A stretch of 64,000 nt of DNA from Meiothermus sp. (GTDB lineage: Bacteria; Deinococcota; Deinococci; Deinococcales; Thermaceae): contig JANRLD010000015.1 of the NCBI GenBank assembly GCA_033762915.1, positions 21,432 through 85,431 on the forward strand. The letters run 5' to 3'. This document shows positions 42,406-52,395 of the stretch, one piece after another (position 1 is the first letter of the stretch; each line of letters opens with the position of its first letter). A model generated the notes under the pieces. The model was not told where the DNA came from. It made no database searches and worked only from the letters and a program-made list of their open reading frames with translations. Position numbers and translations under genes: made by a program.

Positions 42406-43749
42406 ATGCTCGAGCTTGTTATCCGCGGAGGGGCAGTGGTGCGGCCAGAAGGCGTGTCCAAGGCCGACATTGGGGTCGAAGGCGGCCGGATCGCCCGGAT
42501 CGCCCCGGAGATTTCCGAGCCCGCCGAGGCCGAGATATCGGCCGATGGGCTGCACATTTTCCCGGGCCATATCGATGTTCACGTGCACTTTAATGAGCCG
42601 GGCAACGCGCTTTGGGAGGGCATAGAGACAGGAAGTTCGGCTTTCGCAGCCGGGGGCGGGACACTGTTCTTCGATATGCCGCTCAACTCGGTTCCCTGCA
42701 CCCTGGATGGGGCGGAATTCGACCGAAAGCTGGCCGCCATGCGGGCACTTTCCCACACCGACTTCGCCCTCTGGGGCGGCCTCACCCCGGCCAACCTGGA
42801 CCGCCTTCCAGAGTTGGCCGAGCGGGGCGCAATCGGCATTAAAGCCTTCATGTCCAACTCCGGCATGAAGGAGTTCCTCCACGCCGACGACGGCACCCTC
42901 TACGATGGCATGAAGACCGCCGCAGCGCTGGGCCGGGTGGTGGCGGTACACGCCGAGTCGGACGCGCTCACCGCATACCTCTCGAGTCAACTGCGCGGCG
43001 CGAACAGGACCACCTGGCGCGACTATGTAGAAAGCCGGCCAGTGTTCGCCGAGCTCGAGGCCATCTCTCGAGCCCTGATCCTGGCTGAGGAGACGGGCTG
43101 TAAGCTGCACATCGTTCACATCAGCTCGGGGCGCGGGGTGGTGCTGGCGGCAGAGGCCAGGGCCAGGGGGGTGGACGTTACCCTCGAGACCTGCCCGCAC
43201 TACCTGGCCTTCACCGCCGAGGACCTGGCCCACCTTGGCGCAGTCGGCAAGTGCGCCCCGCCCCTACGCGGCGAGGCCGAAGCCGACCTGCTGTGGGACG
43301 AGGTTTTGGCCGGAACCCTGGACATCATCGCCTCTGATCACTCGCCTTGCCCGCCCGAGATGAAGCTGGGGGCCGACTTTTTCGGCCTGTGGGGCGGGAT
43401 TTCGGGAGTGCAGAGCTCGCTCAATGTCCTGCTCACTGAGGGTTGGCACCGCCGCAGCCTGCCCCTCGAGCGGATCGCGAGCATGCTCAGCGACGGCCCG
43501 GCCCGCCGCTTTGGCGTTGAGGGCAAAGGCCGGCTCGAGGTAGGGTTCGACGCCGACCTGGCCCTGGTGGACCTGCACGAGACCTTCACCCTGGAGCGCT
43601 CCCACTTGCTCTACCGCCACCGTCAGAGCCCCTACATTGGCCACACCTTCAAGGGCGCCGTCAAGCAGACCTTCCAGCGTGGTCGGCCCATCTGGAGTGA
43701 GGGAAAAGTCTCGAGACCTGGGGATGTTAGATTGGTCTCGCCGACTTGA
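42406..43749 (+). CDS. allB: Allantoinase
   Basis: D.HVHFNEPG...WEG, DMPLNS, ETCPHYL, KCAPPLR, SDHSP, WGGISG.Q. Confidence 0.95.
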   Translation: MLELVIRGGAVVRPEGVSKADIGVEGGRIARIAPEISEPAEAEISADGLHIFPGHIDVHVHFNEPGNALWEGIETGSSAFAAGGGTLFFDMPLNSVPCTLDGAEFDRKLAAMRALSHTDFALWGGLTPANLDRLPELAERGAIGIKAFMSNSGMKEFLHADDGTLYDGMKTAAALGRVVAVHAESDALTAYLSSQLRGANRTTWRDYVESRPVFAELEAISRALILAEETGCKLHIVHISSGRGVVLAAEARARGVDVTLETCPHYLAFTAEDLAHLGAVGKCAPPLRGEAEADLLWDEVLAGTLDIIASDHSPCPPEMKLGADFFGLWGGISGVQSSLNVLLTEGWHRRSLPLERIASMLSDGPARRFGVEGKGRLEVGFDADLALVDLHETFTLERSHLLYRHRQSPYIGHTFKGAVKQTFQRGRPIWSEGKVSRPGDVRLVSPT

Positions 43750-43818
43750 CGTCGCAGTTCAATAGCCCAGATCAGATACCAACCCTGACCCGAATCCCGC
43801 TATAAGACCAAGGAGCCT

Positions 43819-44568
43819 ATGAGCCTAACCGGAAACACCCGCACCCGCGTCGCCCCCGACCACGCCTTCATCACCCCGGACACCTTTGTCCGCGCGCCCC
43901 TGCCCGGCTGGAGCAACACCGCCTGTGTGGTGCACATCGCGCCGGAGATCGGCTCGAGGTTCAAGATGTACACCGCAGAGATGGCCGAGGGCGGGGTGGG
44001 ACAGATGACGCTCCTGGACGTCCAGCGGGTGGCTTATGTGCTGGAGGGGGAGGTGCGGTTGGAGGTCGGAGGCGGCGCCCACCTACTGGGCGAAGGCAGC
44101 TACGCCTATGTGCCGGCCAACACCCCGCACACCCTGACCGCGCAACGGGTTTCGCGAGTGCTGGTAATCGATAAGCCCTACATGGCCTTGGTAGGCGCCA
44201 ACGTGCCCGACGTGGTGGTGGGTCACGAGCCCAGCCTGCCCTTCACGCACCTGGCGGGCGACCCTGCCCTGCAGGTGCGCACCATGCTGCCAGACAATTT
44301 CAACTTCGATATGGCCTTCAACTCGATGAGCTTCGACCTGGGGGCGCACCTGCCCTTTGTCGAGACCCATGTGATGGAGCACGGGCTGATCTTCGTTCAG
44401 GGTGGCGGGGTTTACCGCCTCTCGGACTCCTGGTACACCGTGCAGGCCGGTGACGTGATCTGGATGGCCTCGTTCTTCCCGCAGTGGTTCGGGGCGCTGG
44501 GCAAGACTTCGGCCAAGTACCTGATTTACAAGGATGTGAACCGGCACTCGCTCGAGGGCCTAATCTAA
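43819..44568 (+). CDS. allE: (S)-ureidoglycine aminohydrolase (bicupin)
   Basis: ETHVMEHG, G.GVYRL, GD.IWM..F.PQWF, YLIYKDVNR. Confidence 0.94.
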   Translation: MSLTGNTRTRVAPDHAFITPDTFVRAPLPGWSNTACVVHIAPEIGSRFKMYTAEMAEGGVGQMTLLDVQRVAYVLEGEVRLEVGGGAHLLGEGSYAYVPANTPHTLTAQRVSRVLVIDKPYMALVGANVPDVVVGHEPSLPFTHLAGDPALQVRTMLPDNFNFDMAFNSMSFDLGAHLPFVETHVMEHGLIFVQGGGVYRLSDSWYTVQAGDVIWMASFFPQWFGALGKTSAKYLIYKDVNRHSLEGLI

Positions 44569-44597
44569 ATCGGGCCGGCCATCGCGGCGTTCGAAGC

Positions 44598-45554
44598 CTA
44601 CCCCGGCCCAGCCTGGTACCCCTCGAGCGCCTCGCGGAGGGCGGCGGTAACCTGCCGGCGCAGCTCGGTCGGCTCCAGCACCTCCACCGCCGCGCCCACC
44701 GACAGGACCCAGCTCAGGGCGTATTCGTCAAACTCGAACACCAACCGGGCTTCGAGCCAGCCCGCCTCCAGTGGGCGGGTAGACTCGAGCTTGCCCCAGT
44801 GGCTGGCCGGGTTGGCGCGGGCCAAGGCCCGCTCGCGGATGCGAACCCGGACAGCGTAGCTGGGGATCTGTGCCCGGTACTCGTCCCGGGCCCTGCGCCA
44901 GTAGGTCTCGAGGTCGAAGTCGGCGGGGCGCTCGGAAGGCTGAGCGAGCACCCTGGCCTCCAGAACCCTCGAGACCCGGTAGGATCGCAGCTGGCCCTCT
45001 CTCGAGGCGACCAGATACCACACGCTGCCGCGCACCACCAGCCCCAGCGGGTCGAGCGTGCGCTCGGAAGTGGTTCCGTCGGCGGTCTGGTAACTCATCC
45101 AGAGCTTGCGGTCCTGCCAGACGGCCTCCTGTAGCGTGGGTAGCAGCGGCACCTCCTCTTGGTGGCGCTGGAGGTCCACCAGGATTCGCTGCCGGGCGTA
45201 CTCGGCCCCCTGGCGCTGGGCGTCGGGCAGCGCGGCAAGCATCTTGATCAGGGCGTGTTCCACCGACCGCCCCAGGCCCAGGTCGTCGAGGAGTTTGGAG
45301 GGTTTCAGCGCGAACAGGGCGGTGATCTCGGCAGGGCTGAGACCGGTCAGGTTGGTGCGGTACTCCTCGAGCATCCGCCACCCTCCGGCGCTGCCGCGCT
45401 CAGCGTAGAGCGGGACGCCCGCAGCGCTGAGGGCCTCCATGTCGCGGTGGATGGTGCGGGGCGAGACCTCGAGGCGCCGGGCCAGCTCGGCGGTGGTGGC
45501 GCGGCCCTTGGTCTGCAAAAGCAGCAGAATGGAAACCAGGCGGTCGGCTCGCAT
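44598..45554 (-). CDS. YafY-like HTH-WYL transcriptional regulator
   Basis: MRADRL, LEVS.RTI.RD, LDPLGLV...WYL...YRVSR. Confidence 0.93.
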   Translation of the reverse strand: MRADRLVSILLLLQTKGRATTAELARRLEVSPRTIHRDMEALSAAGVPLYAERGSAGGWRMLEEYRTNLTGLSPAEITALFALKPSKLLDDLGLGRSVEHALIKMLAALPDAQRQGAEYARQRILVDLQRHQEEVPLLPTLQEAVWQDRKLWMSYQTADGTTSERTLDPLGLVVRGSVWYLVASREGQLRSYRVSRVLEARVLAQPSERPADFDLETYWRRARDEYRAQIPSYAVRVRIRERALARANPASHWGKLESTRPLEAGWLEARLVFEFDEYALSWVLSVGAAVEVLEPTELRRQVTAALREALEGYQAGPG

Positions 45555-45570
45555 AGGCCCAGCATAGGAT

Positions 45571-45599
45571 GCCAATATGACAGGAGATGTCATGTTGGC
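45571..45599. promoter_or_regulatory. Inverted-repeat putative operator between WYL regulator and SDR
   Basis: GCCAATATGACA-GGAGA-TGTCATGTTGGC, 12-bp arms with one mismatch. Confidence 0.7.
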
Positions 45600-45615
45600 G
45601 CATTAGTCTGGAGCC

Positions 45616-46527
45616 ATGAGACTCAAGGGCAAGGTGGCGGTGGTGGCTGGCGCAACCCGGGGCTGTGGGCGCGGGATCGCGGTGGAGCTGGGTGCGGCCG
45701 GCGCGACAGTTTACTGTACCGGGCGGAGCACTAAGGGTGCACTATCGGACCTGGGGCGGCTCGAGACCATCGACGAGACGGCAGAGCGGGTGACAGCGGC
45801 GGGCGGGCGGGGCATCGCGGTGCGGGTGGACCACACCCGCGAGGACCAAGTCCAGGCCCTGTTCGAGCGGGTCGGGGACGAGGCGGGGAGGCTGGACATT
45901 CTGGTCAACGATGTATGGGGCGGCGACCCCCTGATCGAGTGGGGCAAGCCCTTCTGGGAGCTGGACGTGGCGCAGGGATGGAGGCTCCTGGAGCGCTCCG
46001 TCTACAGCCACATCCTCACCAGCCGCTACGGTGTGCCGCTGATGGTGGCGCAAAACTCGGGTCTGGTGGTGGAGGTCACCGACGGCGACGGCCTGAGCTA
46101 CCGGGGTAATTTTTTCTACGACTTGGTCAAGACCACCGTCATCCGCCTCGCGCAAAACATGGCCCAGGAGTTCGGGGGCAGGCGGATCAACGTTTCCGGC
46201 CAGCCTGACGCCACCGCCGCCGACATCACCGCTGTGGCCCTTACGCCGGGCTTTCTGCGCTCGGAGGCGATGCTCGAGCACTTTGGCGTTACCGAGGCCA
46301 ACTGGCGCGACGCGATCGCCAAAGACCCCTACTACGCCGAGTCCGAGACCCCGCACTACATCGGGCGGGCGGTGGTCGCGCTGGCCTGTGACCCCAAGGT
46401 TCACGAGAAGGCAGGCCGAGCCCTAGCCACCTGGCACCTCAGCCGCGAATACGGCTTCACCGACATCGACGGCAGGGCACCCCACTGGCAGGAGTTCTAC
46501 GACCGGATGCAGGCCAAACCGGGTTAG
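45616..46527 (+). CDS. SDR family oxidoreductase
   Basis: AGATRGCGRG, LDILVND, YDLVK, TPGFLRSE. Confidence 0.92.
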   Translation: MRLKGKVAVVAGATRGCGRGIAVELGAAGATVYCTGRSTKGALSDLGRLETIDETAERVTAAGGRGIAVRVDHTREDQVQALFERVGDEAGRLDILVNDVWGGDPLIEWGKPFWELDVAQGWRLLERSVYSHILTSRYGVPLMVAQNSGLVVEVTDGDGLSYRGNFFYDLVKTTVIRLAQNMAQEFGGRRINVSGQPDATAADITAVALTPGFLRSEAMLEHFGVTEANWRDAIAKDPYYAESETPHYIGRAVVALACDPKVHEKAGRALATWHLSREYGFTDIDGRAPHWQEFYDRMQAKPG

Positions 46528-46715
46528 ACCGACTCGAGGTCTAGCGCCAAGAGCCGAACATCCAGCCGACCAACTTCAGGTTGTGAAGCAAAGTTCGTCA
46601 CACGCGACGCGATGGGTGGGCTGTGCCCAACTTCTGGGTCTTGGTAGGCATCGCCCACTCCAAGCCCTGGCATAGCCCATCCTCGAACCCTACCCCTCGT
46701 TCGAGATTTGCGGTA

Positions 46716-46732
46716 TTCTGCCTCGAGCATAA
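46716..46732. promoter_or_regulatory. RDRM-like 17-bp operator overlapping the start of the AlkA-fold gene
   Basis: TTCTGC-CTCGA-GCATAA (reverse TTATGCTCGAGGCAGAA); its last base is the A of ATG. Confidence 0.75.
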
Positions 46733-47640
46733 TGATAACCCTCGAGTTGCCCGAAAACTTCGCCTGGAAAAAGCTGCTGGCGCTCTACAAGAACAGCCAC
46801 TGCCTCGAGCCCACCGAGCATGCCGACCCCAAAAAGGGTGTGCTCGAAGGCATCGTGGAGTTGCCTCGGCCGTTCTGGTACCGCCTTGAACCGTTGGGCG
46901 GTCTGCTCCAACTCGGCCTCACGGCCCCCGACGGTGCCAGGAAGCCGTCCAAACAGGACTACCAGGCAGCTCGAGCCTGGGCGGTGCGGCGGCTGTGGTT
47001 GGGGCTGGACTATGGGGCCCTGCGGGATGCGCTCGAGGTGAGTTTTTTGGGCTACTCGCTCTCGGGCGAGTACTGGCCGGTGATGTCGCCGGCCTACACC
47101 AGTTACTGGGCCGCGCTGCTGCGCATCTACTGCGGGCGCAATCTGGACGCCACCCTGCGGGAAACCTTGGGCGACAAGGTCTGCTTTGGCGGCAAGACCT
47201 ATGCCTTGCTGCCTCGGCCCGAGCAGATGATGGGGGTGAGTGGCCTCGAGCTGCAAGCCATGGGGCTCTCGAGCTGGAGCAGCCGGAAGGTGCCGCACAT
47301 CACCCAGGTCTTCCTCCACGACGAAGAGTTGCAACTCGAGCAACTGCCGACAGACCCCGAGGCCGCGCTAAAGCTCCTTACCAAGCGCCTCGAGCTTGGA
47401 GGTACCTCGGCAGCCTGGGTGCTGATGCGCGGTGCTATGCACCCGGACGTGCCCCTCGAGGGTGGTCATATCCGCCGGGCGCTGGGCGAAGGGCTGGGCC
47501 TGGACAAAACCCCCAAGCTTAAGGAATACCTCGAGCTGTTGCGCCCCCATGCGCCTTACCGCAGCTTTGCCTCGTACTACCTGCACCTCTCCCAAATCAA
47601 GCTGTGGCGAAAGGATTGGACGCTGGACGGAGGGGACTGA
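46732..47640 (+). CDS. AlkA/HhH-GPD DNA glycosylase-fold protein (degenerate active site)
   Basis: P.PEQ.......LQAMGLS...RK..HI, degenerate HhH (LELGGTSAAWVLMRG), HPDV, PYRSFA.YYL. Confidence 0.72.
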   Translation: MITLELPENFAWKKLLALYKNSHCLEPTEHADPKKGVLEGIVELPRPFWYRLEPLGGLLQLGLTAPDGARKPSKQDYQAARAWAVRRLWLGLDYGALRDALEVSFLGYSLSGEYWPVMSPAYTSYWAALLRIYCGRNLDATLRETLGDKVCFGGKTYALLPRPEQMMGVSGLELQAMGLSSWSSRKVPHITQVFLHDEELQLEQLPTDPEAALKLLTKRLELGGTSAAWVLMRGAMHPDVPLEGGHIRRALGEGLGLDKTPKLKEYLELLRPHAPYRSFASYYLHLSQIKLWRKDWTLDGGD

Positions 47641-47669
47641 ACGTGTAGTATTATCAGCGCCGTGAGTAA

Positions 47670-48707
<1,038 letters not shown>

Positions 48708-48723
48708 GTGGGATAATATTCGC

Positions 48724-49197
48724 ATGAGCGAACTCGAGACCCGGTACGCCGAAGCGCTGGCCCACACCCAGAAGGCCCTGGAGTACATGGCCCAGTTCGG
48801 TGTTCGGCCCGGTGGCCAGGTGCGTCTGTTTTTCCCCCCAGAGACCCGTCAGACCGAGATCGACCGGGTGCCCTACCCCCATGCCGAAAAACAGCGGGTG
48901 GTCTACGAGACCGAGCAGGGCGAGTTCAGTGCGGTGGGGCCTTACTCTGGCCTGCCCGACTACGGGGTGGTACGGGTGGAGTACGTACCGGGGAGTTGGA
49001 TTTTAGAGCTTAAGAGCTACAAGTACTACCTGATGTCCTGGCGCGAGATCGGCATCTACCAGGAGGATGTCACGGTGATGATCTATCAGGACCTCTTGCG
49101 CCACCTCGCCGACCCCCGCTACCTTCAGGTCACGACCATCTACAACGTACGCGGCGGCATCCGCACCACCTGCACCCTAGACAGCCGGCAACAGTGA
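48724..49197 (+). CDS. queF: QueF-like (preQ0 reductase fold) protein; catalytic Cys position is Gly
   Basis: EFSAVGPYSGLPDY, Y.P....ELKSYKYY, RGGI. Confidence 0.8.
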   Translation: MSELETRYAEALAHTQKALEYMAQFGVRPGGQVRLFFPPETRQTEIDRVPYPHAEKQRVVYETEQGEFSAVGPYSGLPDYGVVRVEYVPGSWILELKSYKYYLMSWREIGIYQEDVTVMIYQDLLRHLADPRYLQVTTIYNVRGGIRTTCTLDSRQQ

Positions 49198-49233
49198 GGC
49201 GGGGCGGTGGGCCTTTGCCCGTGGCGGCACAGG

Positions 49234-49767
49234 CTACTGCGGCTTGCCCATGATGAGCACCCAGTAGCTGCCCACCGAGGCCAGACCCATCTGGGTGTAG
49301 GCCGTGTCCATCAGGGCGTTGCAGTGTCCGGCCTGACTCGAGAGCCAGGCCCCAACCACCGCGTCGGCGTCGCTGAACCCGTTGCCCAGGTTTTCGGCCA
49401 GGTTGAGGTAGGCGTAGCCATTGTTGCGGGCTCGAGTGGCAAATGGGGTAGGGTCGGAGCCCTCGGTGTGGGCATTGGGGCCGGTGAGGTCGACGCTGTT
49501 GGCGTTCAGGTAGTTGGCCCGCTGGCGCGCGACCTCGCCCAGCAGGCCGCTCCAGGACAAGGCCCCGGCGGCCGAAAGGGTGGAGGGGCCCTTTGGGTAT
49601 CTCGAGTTGGTCTGATTATTGCAGGTCTGGGCGACGGTGCGGACCGCGTTGACGGCCTGGACATAGCTGCTCTGAACGGCCGGGGTGTACTGAACGCCGG
49701 TGGGGGTCGCTGGTGGCGTGCCGCACGCCGCTAGCCCCAGGAGAACGAGAAGTAGAAGGGGGCGCAT
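49234..49767 (-). CDS. CAP/SCP domain lipoprotein
   Basis: Lipobox LAAC; VNAVR, AENL, W..S..GHC..LM. Confidence 0.88.
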   Translation of the reverse strand: MRPLLLLVLLGLAACGTPPATPTGVQYTPAVQSSYVQAVNAVRTVAQTCNNQTNSRYPKGPSTLSAAGALSWSGLLGEVARQRANYLNANSVDLTGPNAHTEGSDPTPFATRARNNGYAYLNLAENLGNGFSDADAVVGAWLSSQAGHCNALMDTAYTQMGLASVGSYWVLIMGKPQ

Positions 49768-50009
49768 GACTCAGTGTTGCAAAAACCGGGCGCAGATAAT
49801 GCCCGAAAATTCCGTTACCTGGCCCACTCCGGTAACGAGGCCAGGCGTTTCAAGTCTCCTGCGTACCTTGCGGGTCTCGAGGCACCAATTCGCTTCAGCT
49901 CAACCCTCTTTGTGGAGGGCTGGTTCACCCAGCACCTTCAAAAAGCTTGGGAAAGCAAAACGAGGCCGTTTGCACCCGGACTTCGGCGCATTTTGTATGC
50001 TATAGCGGC

Positions 50010-50588
50010 ATGCGGCAGATCGGCCTCACCGGGAGCATCGGAAGCGGGAAAAGTACCGTAGCCCGGCTGCTGCGCGAGCGCGGGGTGACGGTGCTGGACG
50101 CCGACGCTCTGGCCAGGGAGGGCGCGGGCGTGCTCAAGGCCGAAATCTGCGCTGCTTTTCCGGAAGTCTGTGCCGGGGGCGAGATCGACCGGGCGGCGCT
50201 GGGGCAGCGGGTCTTCTCCAACCCGGAGGAGCGCAAGCGCCTCGAGGCCATCCTGCATCCCTATGTGCGGATGCGCATGCGCGAGGAAACGGCCAGGGCC
50301 GAGGCCGAAGGACAGGGCCTGGTGGTTCAGGACATCCCGCTCTTGTTCGAAACGGGGCGCGAGCGAGACTTCGACGGGGTGCTGGTTGTGCTGGCCCCAA
50401 CGCCCACCCGCCAGGCCCGCGTGGCGGCCCGTAGCGGCCTCAGCGAAGCCGAATTCGAGGCCCGCGATGCCCAGCAGATGCCCCAGGAGGAAAAAGCCCG
50501 GCGGGGCACCTGGGTCATCCGCAACGACGGTGGACTCGAGCAGCTGAGCCGGCAACTCGAGACCTGGCTGGCCGAGGTGCGCCCGTGA
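50010..50588 (+). CDS. coaE: Dephospho-CoA kinase
   Basis: IGLTGSIGSGKST, DAD, IDR.ALG..VF, LHP, DIPLLFE. Confidence 0.96.
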   Translation: MRQIGLTGSIGSGKSTVARLLRERGVTVLDADALAREGAGVLKAEICAAFPEVCAGGEIDRAALGQRVFSNPEERKRLEAILHPYVRMRMREETARAEAEGQGLVVQDIPLLFETGRERDFDGVLVVLAPTPTRQARVAARSGLSEAEFEARDAQQMPQEEKARRGTWVIRNDGGLEQLSRQLETWLAEVRP

Positions 50589-51442
50589 GGCTCAAGCACG
50601 ACTGGCTGGGCGAGGTCGTGCTGCCCGAGTACGCCCAGCGCATCGTCTCGCTGGCCCCCAGCATCACCGAGACCCTCTTCGCGCTGGGTCTGGGGGGGCG
50701 CACGGTCGGGCGCAGCGTTTACTGCTACCGCCCCGCCGAGGCGCTGGCCCTTCCCACCCTCTCAAGCTATACCCGCCTCCGCTGGGACTTGCTGGAGCAG
50801 CTCCAGCCCGACCTGATCCTGATCTCCACCGGTATCCAGCGCGAGCTGCTCAACGAGCTACTTGCCCGCAAGCTGCCGATTTTCCCGGTTCCACTGGTGC
50901 ACAGCCCCTATGGCATTCTCGAGAATATCCTACTGGTTGGGGAGCTGACCGGGGCCGGCGTGAGGGCCTCGCAGCTGTGTGCCGAACTCTCCGACCGCTA
51001 CGCCAAGCTGCACCAGATTCTGCCCCCCATCCGTGTCTACCTCGAGCTCGACCTGGGCGGCCCCACTTCGGTAGGGCGTGGAAGCTACATCACCGAGGCG
51101 CTGCGGCACCTGGGCCTCGACAACGTGCTCTCTCAGCACCCTCAGAGTTACTTTGCCCCCGACCTGGCCCTGATCGAGCGGCTCATGCCCCAACTTGTTA
51201 TCCTGGAGCCCAAGCTCCCGCGCTCCCGCATCCTCGGAGAGACTCCGGCCCGGCCCTTCAGCGAGGGGGCCAACGGCCTGTATCAGAGGCAGCTCGAGCG
51301 GGCCAGGGCCCGCATGGGCGAGCGCGGCTGGTCGTACCCCCTCTTGGTGAACGGTGGCGACGAGCTAACCCACTACGGCCCGATGTTCTTCGAGTACCTC
51401 GAGGCCTTAGAGCGCCGCATTGAGCGCATGGAAATCGGCTAG
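50585..51442 (+). CDS. Helical-backbone metal/cobalamin receptor (BtuF-like), no evident signal peptide
   Basis: RIVSLAPSITETLFALG...VGRS.YC..P, LQPDLI; GTGA overlap with coaE. Confidence 0.82.
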   Translation: MRLKHDWLGEVVLPEYAQRIVSLAPSITETLFALGLGGRTVGRSVYCYRPAEALALPTLSSYTRLRWDLLEQLQPDLILISTGIQRELLNELLARKLPIFPVPLVHSPYGILENILLVGELTGAGVRASQLCAELSDRYAKLHQILPPIRVYLELDLGGPTSVGRGSYITEALRHLGLDNVLSQHPQSYFAPDLALIERLMPQLVILEPKLPRSRILGETPARPFSEGANGLYQRQLERARARMGERGWSYPLLVNGGDELTHYGPMFFEYLEALERRIERMEIG

Positions 51443-52308
51443 CCGAAGGCCGCTTTACTGCGAGGCACCTTGAGGGCCTTCGGGGCGCGCCGCGCCAGGA
51501 AGTCGCGCAGCGCCCCTAGGTAGCGCTGGTTCTCTTCAATGTGCGGCGCGTGGCCGCTCTCTTCGAAGACCACCAACTCGCTGTTGGGCAGCAGGCTGAA
51601 CAGTTCCTCGCTGGCCTCCAGCGGGGTCACCCAGTCGTGACGGCCCACGGTGATGAGGGCGGGAACCTTGATTGAGAGCAGCTTTTCGGTTAGGTCAAAG
51701 TTGGGCTGGTTGCGGCTGAAAGCCCAGTTGTGGGTCTCGTAGCGGAACGGAATGGCGGCCAGGCGCTGGGCCTCGGCCTCGGGGTCGCGGTGGTAGTCGT
51801 AGAGGGGCAGGATCATGGCGAAGCTATCGCGGAAGTCCTCGTTGGAGGTCATCCGTCCGGCGAAGAGGCGCTCGAGCCGATCCTGGTCCATGGGGAAGCC
51901 GCTGGCGAGGGCCTTCTGTCGGCTGGTGTCCCGGTACTTGTTGCTGGCCGCGGTGTCGCGCAAGATCAGGGCGTGCAGGTTTTCCTGGTGGCGCAGGGCA
52001 TACTTGAGGGCGATGTACCCCCCATAGGAGCCACCCAACAGGACCATCTTGCCCAGACCGAGTTGTTGCCGAAGGGCCTCGAGGTCGGCCACAAACTGCT
52101 CGTGGGAGTAGGGCTCTCGGCCCTCGGATGCTCCGCAACCCCGGTGGTCGTAGGCGATCAGTCTGAACGAATCGGTGAGGGGCTGAAAGGCGCCCCAGTC
52201 GCCCGCGTGGCTGCTCATGCCGGGGCCGCCGTGCAGGGTGACAAAGGCGGTCTTGTCGCCGCCGGAGTCCTGGTACTCAAGCTTTACGCCGTTGACTTCG
52301 ATGCGCAT
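51439..52308 (-). CDS. Alpha/beta hydrolase (proline iminopeptidase-like)
   Basis: HGGPG, YDHRGCG.S, GGSYGG, GRHD, SGH. Confidence 0.9.
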   Translation of the reverse strand: MRIEVNGVKLEYQDSGGDKTAFVTLHGGPGMSSHAGDWGAFQPLTDSFRLIAYDHRGCGASEGREPYSHEQFVADLEALRQQLGLGKMVLLGGSYGGYIALKYALRHQENLHALILRDTAASNKYRDTSRQKALASGFPMDQDRLERLFAGRMTSNEDFRDSFAMILPLYDYHRDPEAEAQRLAAIPFRYETHNWAFSRNQPNFDLTEKLLSIKVPALITVGRHDWVTPLEASEELFSLLPNSELVVFEESGHAPHIEENQRYLGALRDFLARRAPKALKVPRSKAAFG

Positions 52309-52395
52309 AAGTGCCTTATTTATGGGTCGAGGTTTGGGGCAGAGGGTGTTTAGGCCGGCCTTGGACGGCTGTGGGGGATATCCAGCCAAAAAGAG

